From: Candidatus Fermentibacteraceae bacterium
GTDB taxonomy: Bacteria > Fermentibacterota > Fermentibacteria > Fermentibacterales > JCC-6
Length of the DNA stretch: 64,000 nt
NCBI GenBank assembly: GCA_041750285.1
Contig: JBGSZS010000007.1
Coordinates: 64,001-128,000 of the forward strand
Reading direction: 5' to 3'
Shown here piece by piece: positions 1 through 10,210 of this stretch; position 1 is the first letter of the stretch, and each line of letters begins with the position of its first letter. The notes below the pieces were generated by a model that saw only the letters and a program-made list of their open reading frames with translations, made no database searches and had not been told where the DNA came from. The position numbers and the translations under genes were made by a program.

Positions 1-140
1 TCATTGCCGGCATCTACGGGATGAACTTCAGGCACATGCCCGAACTGGCTTATCCCTGGGCGTACCCGGCCGTGCTTGCCCTTTGTCTTCTTATCGCGCT
101 GGGAATGATCCTCGGTTTTCGAAGGAAGGGCTGGTTCTGA
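1..140 (+). CDS. corA: CorA Mg2+/Co2+ transporter, C-terminal fragment (partial)
   Basis: Manual translation from nt 3: IAGIYGMNFRHMPEL...RRKGWF*; GMN and MPEL signatures. Confidence 0.93.
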   Translation, partial: IAGIYGMNFRHMPELAYPWAYPAVLALCLLIALGMILGFRRKGWF

Positions 141-193
141 CGCTGCCAGTCCTTCTTGACTATATTTATCCTTTGATAACAGTGGGGTGACAC

Positions 194-1219
194 ATGCGTC
201 TTGCTCATTTCCGGCCGGTGCTGCGGTGTGCCGTGATCGTTTTGGTTTCAGCCTCTGCAGCAGCGTTTGACCTTTCGGGTCAGGTATTCGCCCGTTACGA
301 GATAAAGGGCGAACCGGCCTTCGGACCCTCGGGGGAGTTCCTCATCGAGAGGGCAAGCGTCACCGCAGGATCCGGACTGGGATCGAACCTGTCGGTCGAG
401 CTTGAACTCGAGACCCGCCCCGACGAGGTCTACCTCAAGGATTGTTTCCTCTCATGGTCGCCGAACGATCTGATTGGTCTCACCCTGGGGCAGTTCAAGA
501 AGCCCTTCTGTCTCGCCACTGAGAAGTCTAACTGGAACATGCTCTCCGTCGGGCGTCCATTGACGCACGACATTGTCAGCGACCTCGGGTACTCCGGCAG
601 GTCGCCCGGGTTCATGCTGGAACTCACCGTTCCGTTTTCCCTTCGCACCACTCTCAGTGCCGGGGTCTTCAACGGTCCCGGGACCGAAAGCGAGAAGATG
701 TACGTTGCAGCGCTTTCAGTGGAACCCATTGCCGACGTCGTTCTGGGTGCAGCCGTTTCACGTCTGCGGCTCGGTGAGTACGACCCCGCGCAGCCTTCCG
801 GGTACATCGCCTCGGAAGGAATGGCGGCATACTCCGGCTACATCAGTGCAGAGCGGCCAGTTACATCTTCCACCACGCTGATGCTGGACGCCGAGTACGT
901 CACAGGCCGGAACTGGGAAGAGGCCGATGTCGTTTACGGAGAGGTTCCTCCCGGCTTTCGATCCTATTGGGTGTCCGGCGCTTTTGAAAGACGACTGAGG
1001 AGTGTTCCGGGTTTGCGGTCGCTGGAAGCCGGGCTGTCCTGGTCGGTTTCCACACCCGAAACCGGCCTGTCTCAGAGTGAGCAGGTCCTGGCGCCCATGG
1101 TCGGTCTGGGTATCACCTCCAGCGCGCGGCTGCGGTTCTCGATGTCAAGCACCAGCTTCACTGGGGGGACGCAGGACGGGTACACCGACTACCTGACAGA
1201 ACTCGCGGTAAGGTTCTGA
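194..1219 (+). CDS. Outer-membrane porin, phosphate-selective porin O/P-like
   Basis: Signal peptide; 'GQFKKPF' motif; amphipathic beta strands; C-terminal Phe. Confidence 0.7.
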   Translation: MRLAHFRPVLRCAVIVLVSASAAAFDLSGQVFARYEIKGEPAFGPSGEFLIERASVTAGSGLGSNLSVELELETRPDEVYLKDCFLSWSPNDLIGLTLGQFKKPFCLATEKSNWNMLSVGRPLTHDIVSDLGYSGRSPGFMLELTVPFSLRTTLSAGVFNGPGTESEKMYVAALSVEPIADVVLGAAVSRLRLGEYDPAQPSGYIASEGMAAYSGYISAERPVTSSTTLMLDAEYVTGRNWEEADVVYGEVPPGFRSYWVSGAFERRLRSVPGLRSLEAGLSWSVSTPETGLSQSEQVLAPMVGLGITSSARLRFSMSSTSFTGGTQDGYTDYLTELAVRF

Positions 1220-2001
1220 TGGAAACCCGGCTGATGAAACTCCACTTCCACCGCTACGAGTTCAAGTACACCGTTTCAGGTGAAGTGGCAGGCACCGTTC
1301 TGGCCACACTCGAGAACAGGATGGAACGGGATTCGCACTCCTCCGCGGAGGGGTCGTACCCTGTCAGAAGCCTCTACTTCGATACCGCTTCCTTCGCATA
1401 CCACAGGCAGAAGGAGGACGGCCTCCATTCCAGATACAAGTTCAGGATCAGGTCGTACTCACCGGACGCCGCCGAGCCTGTTTTTTTGGAGCTCAAGGGC
1501 AAGCAGGACTGCCTGGTCTACAAGCACAGACACGAGATCCCCTTCACGGGTTTTCCCGAAGCCATGGCCGGAGGCATGGGAAAACTCTGCTCGTTCATAA
1601 TGGAGAGCCCGGGCTGCAATGGTGTGGGGCGCCACTTCGTTGCGGACTGCTTCCGCAACCGGCTGTCACCGAGCGTTGTGGTGGATTACTGCAGAACGGC
1701 CTTCGAGAACAGCGCCAACCCTGATTTTCGCGCGACCATAGACAGGAATGTCACTGCCTGGAAGGCTTCCAGGGACGGCTCCCCGGTGGGTTCCCCCGTA
1801 GATCTGTCACCGGGTTTCGACGTACTCGAGATCAAGTTCAGATATCATCTGCCGGGCTGGTTTCACAGGCTTGCACAGGGTCTTGAGCTGACCCGTGTAT
1901 CCTTCTCGAAGTTTTACAATGCCGGAGACAGGCTCTGGATGGCAAACACCGGTTCACAGTTGAACAGGATGGTGGAGAGGGGGCGCTCTTGGCCGCTCTG
2001 A
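1219..2001 (+). CDS. VTC-domain (polyphosphate polymerase-like, CYTH/TTM fold) protein
   Basis: RYEFKY, 'VRSLYFDT', 'KFRIRSY', 'FLELK', 'RATID', 'LEIKF', 'FSKF' motifs. Confidence 0.9.
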   Translation: METRLMKLHFHRYEFKYTVSGEVAGTVLATLENRMERDSHSSAEGSYPVRSLYFDTASFAYHRQKEDGLHSRYKFRIRSYSPDAAEPVFLELKGKQDCLVYKHRHEIPFTGFPEAMAGGMGKLCSFIMESPGCNGVGRHFVADCFRNRLSPSVVVDYCRTAFENSANPDFRATIDRNVTAWKASRDGSPVGSPVDLSPGFDVLEIKFRYHLPGWFHRLAQGLELTRVSFSKFYNAGDRLWMANTGSQLNRMVERGRSWPL

Positions 2002-2681
2002 TCGCGTGGTTTACGGAAACTGACATGGCAATGGGCTACAGCCTTCTCTACGTTCTTGAGAACCTGTTCGCGGCCCTCCTGACCGGGCTGTTCATCGGGT
2101 ACGTCTACCGCAAGACCCACAGGGGTCTTTCGTACAGCCAGTCACTTGTCATCACGCTTGTGCTCATGTGTCTGATCGTCTGCTCCGTGATGATGGTCAT
2201 CGGAAGCAATCTGGCCAGGGCCTTCGCCCTTGTGGGCGCCCTCACCATCGTCCGCTTCCGGACCGTGGTGAAGGACACCCGCGATACGGCCTTCATCTTC
2301 TTCGCCCTCACCGAAGGCATTGCTTGCGGAACCGCCAATATCAGGCTTGCCCTGCTCTCGACCATTTTCATCAGCCTGGTCGCCTGGCTTCTGGCCCGGA
2401 CCAACTACGGAAGCATGATGCAGAGCGAATTCATACTCAGGTTCCGTTACGACCGGGAGGGCGGAGGCGAAGAGCAGTACGTCGAGCTCATAAGGCGGTT
2501 CTCCAGAAACAGCACCCTGATCCATGTCGAACCGGCGGGAGATGGACGATACCTGGTGCTTACCTACGACATCAGGCTTACCCCTGGCACAACCCCTGCG
2601 GTTCTGGCCACGAGTCTGAACGCGCTCGTGGGAGTGGACAGCGTGAACATGGTTTCGTCCTGCAACGACGTGGAGTATTGA
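1989..2681 (+). CDS. DUF4956 membrane protein
   Basis: 'IGSNLARAFALVGALTIVRFRT..KD' motif; TM helices; typical VTC neighbour; start uncertain (TTG 1989 or ATG 2025). Confidence 0.9.
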   Translation: MAALIAWFTETDMAMGYSLLYVLENLFAALLTGLFIGYVYRKTHRGLSYSQSLVITLVLMCLIVCSVMMVIGSNLARAFALVGALTIVRFRTVVKDTRDTAFIFFALTEGIACGTANIRLALLSTIFISLVAWLLARTNYGSMMQSEFILRFRYDREGGGEEQYVELIRRFSRNSTLIHVEPAGDGRYLVLTYDIRLTPGTTPAVLATSLNALVGVDSVNMVSSCNDVEY

Positions 2682-2705
2682 CAGTGGTGAAGACTGAATC
2701 GAGGG

Positions 2706-5252
2706 ATGAAAGCGATGACCTTTCTTGTCATTCTTTCAGTGGCGCTGACCGCGGAGGGGCTGTGGCACTACGATCTGGTCATCGAACCGCAGTACCTCGA
2801 GGCCCTCTACAGCGATCCTGCAACCGAGGTTCTCTACCCGGGCCACATCTCCTGCCCCGGTGGTGAGAGCGACTGCCTGGTTGGTTTCAGGGGAACGACA
2901 TCCCTGAACCTGCCCAAGAAATCCTGGAGGATGGACCTGTTCGACCCCGGCATCATCGGAAGGGGCAGGTTGAACCTCGACGCCCAATACAGGGACCTGA
3001 CAATGATGCGCAACCACCTGTCGATGGAGCTGGTGAGACGTTTGGGATACCCGGCTCCCCTGACAAGACATGTCACGTTCTCGGTCAACGGAGTGTACAT
3101 GGGCGTATACCTTGAAACCGAGCGCATAGACAATGACTTCATGCTGCGGAACAGTCTTCCTGAGGGCTCGGTGTTCAAGGCTGTAGACGGACAGGCCAGG
3201 TTCGCCCTTTTCCTGTCCGGCAATCCCCCGGGAGCAGGGTTCGAGTGGCCCACGGGCGACGAGGGGATGCTGCCGGAGCTTGCCGCCCTCATCGGCGACG
3301 TATGCCTTGGGAGGGAGTATGAGAGACGGTTCGACACCGACCAGTTCATCGCCAACATGGCAGTGAACCTGGCGGTGATGGAAACCGACGGACCGTGCAA
3401 GAACTACCACCTGGCCCTGGGTGCAGACGGGATATGGCGCTACTTTCCATGGGACCATGACGCCACCTTCGGAAACGACTGGGAAGGTGTATTCCATCCC
3501 GAATTTGTCTCTCTGCCTTATGTGGGCCAGATGCAGCTTCTCACCCTCTTCCACCAGGTGTTGAGGACTCCCGGTCATCGTGAGACCTTCAGGCTCAGGC
3601 TGGAGGAAGCGGCTGCGCTCATGGCGGGAGAGCTTTCCGAAAGCCTGGATTCCGTGAGAAGCGCCATCCGCTCCGACGTTTACCTCGACCCCCTGAGGCC
3701 GGGGACCCCGGGCGACTTTGAATCGGCATGCGACAGTCTGGCGTGGTTCATCGAGGAACGGGCTTCCGTGGCGCCCTCGTTCCACCTGCATCACCGCACG
3801 CCTGACACGCTTTCCATGTCTGTCGAACCTTGCTGGGTAGTTCCCGGAACCCAGTACATGACCGTGAACGGATATTCCTCAGACTCGCTCGACTACTGCA
3901 GCCTTGTCGCCATCCCCGACGGCGGCCAGCCCTTCGAGCTCGAGATGAACGAGGTGCCCGGTACCGCCGGAAGGGAATGGACCTTCACCATGAGCGCGAC
4001 CGGGGGTTTCGAGTCGAGCCTCAGGCTTTATCTGAAGTTCACCCAGGCAACAGTGCTTCCAAGGAAGCCTGTGATAAGGTTTCCGCCCTACGCAGTCTTT
4101 GCCGGAGCCTACAACGGCGAGGCGTTTCCATCGGCGGTGAGGCTGAACGCCGTCCCCGACCTCTCCACGCTGCTGCCCGGAATGCAGTTGAGGCTGGGCC
4201 CCTCGCTCTGGGCGCTTCCGCTTGTCAATTCGGGGGGTTCCTCAATGGATGTCTCCCTGTGCCACGTTCTCCTGGGAGAGCCCCCGGGCCTTGTATTTTT
4301 CCCGGAAAGCCTGATGCTTGCACCAGGTGAGACACTTTTCGTCAGCAACGATCTTGAGGCCTTTTCAATGGAACTCCCCGGCAGAAAGACAGTGGGAAAC
4401 TGCCGGGCCCTTTCCGCGTCAGGATCGACCCTGACCATCCATGATCCGGGCTGGACCCCCTGCGAATCCTTCACCATACCGGCCGGGGAGAGGACCCTGT
4501 CGGTCGCGGCCGACACTCCGCTGATCACGGAGATCTGTTTCTCCCAGCCGATCCTCTTAAATCCGGGCGACTGGATGGAGCTGCACAATCCGGGTCCAGC
4601 CTGGCTCGACCTCTCCCATACGGGAATATCCGATGCCAGCCCCGGACACATGGTCTTCCCTTCCGGCACGCAGATACCCCCTTTCGGCTTCCTTGTCCTG
4701 GCTTCAGACGTTGACCTGTTCAGGGCCCGTTTTCCCGGTGTCGGCTGCCAGATCATGGACATGGGGTTCAGCCTGTCGTCCGACGGCGAGGACATAAGGT
4801 TCGTGAGCAGGACCGGGACGACAACGGAGCTTGTGAAGTACTCGTCCGAACCGCCCTGGCCCGGGGCCGACCAGGGGATAATCGCCCTGATCAGCCCGGG
4901 TTTCGACCAGACCGATCCGCTGTCGTGGGAGGCGGTTGCGCAGCCCGGAAGCCCGGGATCGGGCAATCCACTGTGGTACCAGAATGAGGGGGGGTTCGTT
5001 ACCCTGGGTCCGGTGACACCCAACCCGGTAAGGGGCGGACAACTGAGTTTCACACTTTCGGGAGGCTCGGGCGAGGTCCAGGTGTCTGTCATCGACCTTG
5101 CGGGCCGTATCGTTCACAGGGCGGGAGACCTGGGATCGGGTCAATCCATGCACACCATCGAATTCTCCGGTGGGCTTCCGCCCGGGGTGTATTTCCTCGT
5201 GGCCCGTTCCGCCGGCAGGATCAGCACTGGAAGGTTTCTATGGCTGCCCTGA
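2706..5252 (+). CDS. Secreted CotH-family kinase with lamin-tail domain and T9SS-type C-terminal domain
   Basis: RG.TS...PKKS, 'GVYLETE', 'KNY', 'PWDHDATFG'; LTD-like 'ITEI...DWMELHN'; C-terminal 'PNP...DLAGR...GVYF'. Confidence 0.85.
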   Translation: MKAMTFLVILSVALTAEGLWHYDLVIEPQYLEALYSDPATEVLYPGHISCPGGESDCLVGFRGTTSLNLPKKSWRMDLFDPGIIGRGRLNLDAQYRDLTMMRNHLSMELVRRLGYPAPLTRHVTFSVNGVYMGVYLETERIDNDFMLRNSLPEGSVFKAVDGQARFALFLSGNPPGAGFEWPTGDEGMLPELAALIGDVCLGREYERRFDTDQFIANMAVNLAVMETDGPCKNYHLALGADGIWRYFPWDHDATFGNDWEGVFHPEFVSLPYVGQMQLLTLFHQVLRTPGHRETFRLRLEEAAALMAGELSESLDSVRSAIRSDVYLDPLRPGTPGDFESACDSLAWFIEERASVAPSFHLHHRTPDTLSMSVEPCWVVPGTQYMTVNGYSSDSLDYCSLVAIPDGGQPFELEMNEVPGTAGREWTFTMSATGGFESSLRLYLKFTQATVLPRKPVIRFPPYAVFAGAYNGEAFPSAVRLNAVPDLSTLLPGMQLRLGPSLWALPLVNSGGSSMDVSLCHVLLGEPPGLVFFPESLMLAPGETLFVSNDLEAFSMELPGRKTVGNCRALSASGSTLTIHDPGWTPCESFTIPAGERTLSVAADTPLITEICFSQPILLNPGDWMELHNPGPAWLDLSHTGISDASPGHMVFPSGTQIPPFGFLVLASDVDLFRARFPGVGCQIMDMGFSLSSDGEDIRFVSRTGTTTELVKYSSEPPWPGADQGIIALISPGFDQTDPLSWEAVAQPGSPGSGNPLWYQNEGGFVTLGPVTPNPVRGGQLSFTLSGGSGEVQVSVIDLAGRIVHRAGDLGSGQSMHTIEFSGGLPPGVYFLVARSAGRISTGRFLWLP

Positions 5253-7408
5253 TCCTTGCGCTTTCCCTGCTCTCCATGTGGCCCGATTCGGTTGTCAGGC
5301 TCTCCCTGCAGTTCGATCCCGGGGAGTGGGACTACGCCTGCACCTATCCCGACTCGGAGATACAGGTGCAGGCCGTTCTAACGACGGGAGGACTGACTTG
5401 CCCGTGCACGATGCAGATCAGGGGCCAGACCAGCAGCTACTACCCCAAGAAGTCGGTGAAGGTCAGGCTCGCCCCCGGATACCTTCTGAACGGATTCGAC
5501 GAGTTGAACCTGAACGCCCAGTACATGGACAGGACAAGGATCAGGGAGAACCTGTGCTACCTGTTTCATGCCCAATGCGGGCAGATCGTACCCTTTGCCG
5601 CCATGACCGAGGTCATCTACAACGGGGAGACCCAGGGCCCCTACCTTTTCGTGGAGGACGTGGACGGTGACTTCGCGCTTCGAACTTGGCTTCCGGATGA
5701 TGCGGTCGTATACAAGTGCAGGGAGTACGGGGCATCCCTAAACTCCCCGGACAGACTCCACCTGTACCTGAAGAAGACCTTCGAGAACCTTCCCGACGAC
5801 GATCTTGAATGGTTCGTAAGGTGGCTTCTGACAGCTCCCGACAGCGCATTCGTCCAGGACATCTCCGCACGGGTCCACCTTGACGCACTGCTTTCCTGCG
5901 TAGCGGCCAACACCCTTCTTTCGCACGGAAGCACCTATTACCACAACTACCACATGGTGCTCGACGCACCCGGCACGTTCGGCAGGTGGAGGATGATCCC
6001 CTGGGACATGGACAAGACCTGGGGCAGCGACTACGGCCCCGACTGGCCTTACTACTCCGTCGCCAACATGGTTTCCGAGCCCAATACCCTTCTTTGGCGC
6101 CTCTGGACGACCCCCCGGACCAGGGAACTCCTGCTGCAAAGGCTGGCGCAGCTCTCCCCGGTCTTCGTGGAATGGGCATCGAGCGGCCCCGTTGATTCGC
6201 TGGCCGCCCTCGTGCAGCCGCTGGTCATGGTTGACCCCTACCGGGATTACACGATGGAGCAGTTCGGGGAAGCAGTACAGTCACTCAGGGACTGGCCCGT
6301 CCAGCGGGTTCTTCACCTGTCGCCGATGATCAGCGACTGGCCGCTGCCGTTTCGGATGGAACCCACCTCCTTCGACCCCCAGGGGGGAATCCTGGCGAGA
6401 TGGACAAGCGCCGCCCGGGGCTCACATTACCAGGTGCGTCTTTCCACCGATTCAACGTTCGTGGATGAAGAGGCCATCTACTGGGAGACGATGACCGGCG
6501 ACACCTCGATCACGATCGCCTTCCCCCCCGGCGGAGCCCGTTCGGTTTCATACATCCAGGCAAGGGCGGTCAATCCATACAGAACGGAGAGGGCCTTGAA
6601 CCGTTCGGTCCGGCTTGTCCCCCGGCAATCCGTGCCCATGCTCGGCAACGTTCCGATAAACGAGGTGTTCTACAGGAACGACGGTCTTGTCTCTCCAGGT
6701 GACTGGGTCGAACTCGTGAACGCAGGTGATGATCCGGTGGATCTTGCGGGCTGGGCATTTCGCGACACCCAGGACAGGAATCTCCACGTCATTGGCGACA
6801 TGGTGCTTGCACCGGGTGAGTTCCTCGTTCTCATGGCCGACCCCGAAGCCTTTTTACTCACATACCCCGAATGCTCCTTCGATCCTGATCCATTCCAGTT
6901 CGGCCTGTCGGCGGATGGAGAGGTCCTGAGGCTGTACGACCCGCTGGGTGCACAGGTTGATTACGTACCGTACCTGCCCGTCGCCCCGTGGCCTGAGGAA
7001 CCGGCCAATGACGGGTGGAGCCTCTCCCTGCTCAGCCCCGAGCGCGACAACTCCAGACCCGAATCCTGGTCTGCCACTCCGAATGGCGGTACTCCGGGTC
7101 TGCCCAACAATGGTGAGCCTCCCTGGTCTCCAGGCTACAGCCTCGACCTTGAGCGCGTTTACCCGAATCCCGCGGCAACTTCCGTAACCGCCAGCGTTCT
7201 CGTCAACCCTGGAGGCGCCTGCGTTTTCAGGGTGTTCGACCTGGCCGGACGTGAAGTTCTGAACCCCGTTTCCACGACCATGAACGCCGGGGTTCACAGT
7301 TTAACCCTGGACGTCGGGTCCCTTCCCTCAGGCCTCTACTTCCTTCAGGTTTCGTATGCCGGCCTGCGCAGGTCGGTCAGATTCACAAGATTGAACGAGG
7401 CACCATGA
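5240..7408 (+). CDS. Second secreted CotH-family kinase with lamin-tail domain and T9SS-type C-terminal domain
   Basis: RGQTS..YPKKS, 'HNY', 'PWDMDKTWG'; 'INEV...DWVELVN'; 'YPNP...FDLAGR...SGLYF'. Confidence 0.85.
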   Translation: MAALILALSLLSMWPDSVVRLSLQFDPGEWDYACTYPDSEIQVQAVLTTGGLTCPCTMQIRGQTSSYYPKKSVKVRLAPGYLLNGFDELNLNAQYMDRTRIRENLCYLFHAQCGQIVPFAAMTEVIYNGETQGPYLFVEDVDGDFALRTWLPDDAVVYKCREYGASLNSPDRLHLYLKKTFENLPDDDLEWFVRWLLTAPDSAFVQDISARVHLDALLSCVAANTLLSHGSTYYHNYHMVLDAPGTFGRWRMIPWDMDKTWGSDYGPDWPYYSVANMVSEPNTLLWRLWTTPRTRELLLQRLAQLSPVFVEWASSGPVDSLAALVQPLVMVDPYRDYTMEQFGEAVQSLRDWPVQRVLHLSPMISDWPLPFRMEPTSFDPQGGILARWTSAARGSHYQVRLSTDSTFVDEEAIYWETMTGDTSITIAFPPGGARSVSYIQARAVNPYRTERALNRSVRLVPRQSVPMLGNVPINEVFYRNDGLVSPGDWVELVNAGDDPVDLAGWAFRDTQDRNLHVIGDMVLAPGEFLVLMADPEAFLLTYPECSFDPDPFQFGLSADGEVLRLYDPLGAQVDYVPYLPVAPWPEEPANDGWSLSLLSPERDNSRPESWSATPNGGTPGLPNNGEPPWSPGYSLDLERVYPNPAATSVTASVLVNPGGACVFRVFDLAGREVLNPVSTTMNAGVHSLTLDVGSLPSGLYFLQVSYAGLRRSVRFTRLNEAP

Positions 7409-8829
7409 TCAAGGGGATTCACTTTGCGGCCGCTGTGCTGTTCGCTTCAGGGGCCACCGCCGGAAGGGTTTCTGTGGTTCCCGGCGATGCCTTCCAGGAC
7501 AGTCTTTCGACCCTCGGGGCAGGCGACACCCTGTTCTTCAGCCCGGGTACCTATTCCAGGAACGACGACCTTCCCCTGCTTCACGTACTGCCCGTGAACG
7601 ACGGGGTGGTGATAACTTCGGATTCCCTTGACCGGGCAGTTCTTGAAGGCGGCGGGCGCGACCGTCCCGTTGTGGTTGTTCAGGGTCCCATTGGTTCCGC
7701 GACCGTGTTTGAGAACCTGGTGCTCACCGGGGGAAACTCACTGTCCGGTAACTGGTTCGGAGGCGGAGGCCTGTGCATCACGAACGGAGAGTGTATCGTG
7801 AGGAACTGCACCATAAGCGGCAACACCGCCCTGTTTGGCGGAGGGATCTTCTGCGAGGGGGGGGCGCCCGACCTGTCCGGCCTTCTGATAGAGAACAACA
7901 CGGCCCTGGTTTCGGGGGGAGGAGTGTGCTTCTACGGAAGCGATGCTTCGCTCAGCCATTCGATTGTCCGCCTGAACGCCTCGGAAGACGACGGCGGCGG
8001 GGTGTACGCCTATCAGGGCGACACATTCGCCACCAACGTGGTTCTGACCGGCAATCAGTCCGCCGACGACGGAGGAGCCTTCATGCAGCTTCGGGGACGG
8101 CTTCTCCTTCAGTTCTGCACGCTTCACGACAACTCCTGCGGGGACGACGGCGGTGGCATCCTCGTTTCATCCTGCGACAGCCTGTCGATGGAATCCTGCA
8201 TCGTGACTCAGAACCAGGGCAAGGGCGGGGTCCAGCTCAAGAGGGGCGACGAGTCTTTGTTCATAAGCCACTGCTGCGCATGGGGCAACGAATACGGTAA
8301 TTACGTCAACATGGAGGATCCCACGGGAACCCTGGGCAACATATCGGAAGACCCGCTCTTCGCCGACTCACTCCTCAGGCTCTCCCAGACCGCTTCCGGG
8401 CAGTCCGTCCAAAGTCCCTGCGCCGATGCCGGTCACGTTCCCGCCGAAGGCAGCATCGTCCAGTGGTTCTCAACGCGAACCGACAGCATACCCGACCAGG
8501 GGACGGCCGACATGGGTTTCCATTTCAACCCCCTGCCGTACCTCTGGAACCCCGAACCCCCTCCGATGGGTTTCATGTTAAGCGTCTACCCGTGTCCCAC
8601 AACAGGACCGCTCACAATACTGATCGCCTCCCTCGATTCGTCACTTGTCGAGCTGTCCGTTTTCGACCTTGCCGGAAGGCTGGTTGCCGGCCTGGGCTCT
8701 GTTGCGGTAAGCGCGGGCGAGACTGAAACGGTGTGGAACGTACCGTACGGAACTCCGGCAGGCGTTCTTTTCGTTCGGTGCGCCGGCCCCGGAGGTGCGG
8801 TCGTGGCGAGAACGGTGGTGCTCCGATGA
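7405..8829 (+). CDS. Secreted right-handed beta-helix (Pmp-like GGG repeat) protein with T9SS-type C-terminal domain
   Basis: Repeated N-x-A/S-x-x-GGG[VIA] units; signal peptide; 'VYPCP...FDLAGR'. Confidence 0.75.
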   Translation: MIKGIHFAAAVLFASGATAGRVSVVPGDAFQDSLSTLGAGDTLFFSPGTYSRNDDLPLLHVLPVNDGVVITSDSLDRAVLEGGGRDRPVVVVQGPIGSATVFENLVLTGGNSLSGNWFGGGGLCITNGECIVRNCTISGNTALFGGGIFCEGGAPDLSGLLIENNTALVSGGGVCFYGSDASLSHSIVRLNASEDDGGGVYAYQGDTFATNVVLTGNQSADDGGAFMQLRGRLLLQFCTLHDNSCGDDGGGILVSSCDSLSMESCIVTQNQGKGGVQLKRGDESLFISHCCAWGNEYGNYVNMEDPTGTLGNISEDPLFADSLLRLSQTASGQSVQSPCADAGHVPAEGSIVQWFSTRTDSIPDQGTADMGFHFNPLPYLWNPEPPPMGFMLSVYPCPTTGPLTILIASLDSSLVELSVFDLAGRLVAGLGSVAVSAGETETVWNVPYGTPAGVLFVRCAGPGGAVVARTVVLR

Positions 8830-10196
8830 CTCTTCTTGCGGCCCTTGCCGCAGGGCTGATCACGGTTTCCCCCGGACAGAGCATTCAGGACGCCCTCGAC
8901 GCTTCAGCGGCAGGCGACACGGTGCTTCTGATGCCGGGGGTTCACACCGGAACGGGCGGGAATCTGGTCTCTCTTAACGGTTCCCATAACGGGCTGACGC
9001 TGCTGGGCGATACCGGGAATCCCGGATCGGTGGTTCTGGACGGCGGAGGGCTTTCCGGTCCGGTCATTCACATCGACGGCATCTCCGCAGACACCCTCGA
9101 CAGAAGCACCGTCCTTTCAGGGTTCACCGTTACAGGCGCGAACACCGGGGACCTCGGGGGGGGTCTTTTCAGTTACTACGCTTCCCCCACCCTTGTCGCG
9201 GTGATGTTCGAGGGATGCCAGTCCGGGAGCGGGGGCGGGGCGTATCTGTGGAGGGGCGCGCCCCTTCTCGTATCATGCGTTTTCGACGGAAACAGCTGCA
9301 GCACATCCGGGGCGGGCATCTACGCGTACGCCTGCGAAGGGCTCGAACTGCTTTCCTGCGTTTTCACGGGCAACAGCTCGACAGACGACGGCGGCGGTGT
9401 CTACCTTTTCCACAGTTCACCGGTGGTGCGGAACTGCCTCTTCACCGGGAACTACGCCTGGGACAACGGGGGGGGGCTCTACCTCTATGCCTACTCCTCC
9501 CCCGACATCGGCTGGTGCACATTCGAGGGCAATTCCACGACCTATGAAGGCAGTGCGGTCTATTTCAGGGTCGGGTCCGAAGCGGTGCTGCACGACTGCG
9601 TGATCACCGGGAACATCACTCCCGCTCTCTGGATCGACGGGGGCGGTGATCCCCAGTTCCACCACAACTGTCTGTGGGGAAATCCCGACGGCGACTGGGG
9701 CAACCTGCCCGATCAGACCGGGTTCAGCGGGAACATCAGCCAGGACCCCATCCTGGTGGAGGGGCATCACCTCTCCCAGACCGCGTCGGGTCAGCCCCAG
9801 GACAGCCCCTGCGTGAATGCCGGCTCGGTGAACGCTTCGGAGCCCGGGCTTCACATCTACTGGACCAGAACGGATCAGTCACCCGACACGGGGCAGGCCG
9901 ACATGGGCTTTCACTACGGCCCCCAGCCCCAGTACACGGGTTTTGCTTCCGGTTCTACCATGCCACCCGCCCTGAGGATCCGCCCCGTTCCGGCGGGGGG
10001 CGCGGTGACGGTTGAACATCCCGAAGGTCCCGGGGTGCTTTCCGTGTACGATCTGTCGGGAAGGCTCGTCATGGAATACCCTTCGGAGGAGGACGGGATA
10101 ACCGGGCTTTGTGTGACGGACCTGCCGGGAGGGGTTTACATAGTGGTGTACAGGGGGGGTGCCGGACCGCTTTCCCGGCGTATGATCCTGCTTTGA
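8826..10196 (+). CDS. Paralogous secreted beta-helix protein with T9SS-type C-terminal domain
   Basis: ATG 8826 overlaps upstream stop (ATGA); F-x-G-N...GGG repeats; 'YDLSGR...GVY'. Confidence 0.75.
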   Translation: MTLLAALAAGLITVSPGQSIQDALDASAAGDTVLLMPGVHTGTGGNLVSLNGSHNGLTLLGDTGNPGSVVLDGGGLSGPVIHIDGISADTLDRSTVLSGFTVTGANTGDLGGGLFSYYASPTLVAVMFEGCQSGSGGGAYLWRGAPLLVSCVFDGNSCSTSGAGIYAYACEGLELLSCVFTGNSSTDDGGGVYLFHSSPVVRNCLFTGNYAWDNGGGLYLYAYSSPDIGWCTFEGNSTTYEGSAVYFRVGSEAVLHDCVITGNITPALWIDGGGDPQFHHNCLWGNPDGDWGNLPDQTGFSGNISQDPILVEGHHLSQTASGQPQDSPCVNAGSVNASEPGLHIYWTRTDQSPDTGQADMGFHYGPQPQYTGFASGSTMPPALRIRPVPAGGAVTVEHPEGPGVLSVYDLSGRLVMEYPSEEDGITGLCVTDLPGGVYIVVYRGGAGPLSRRMILL

Positions 10197-10210
10197 ACGG
10201 AAGGAGCGCT

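Noticed and set aside
7857..9476. G8-G9 tracts in beta-helix genes (7857, 9156, 9468) as phase-variation sites; also C10 at 29410
   Set aside because: They are explained by Gly or Pro codon runs in a GC-rich genome, and all frames are intact.
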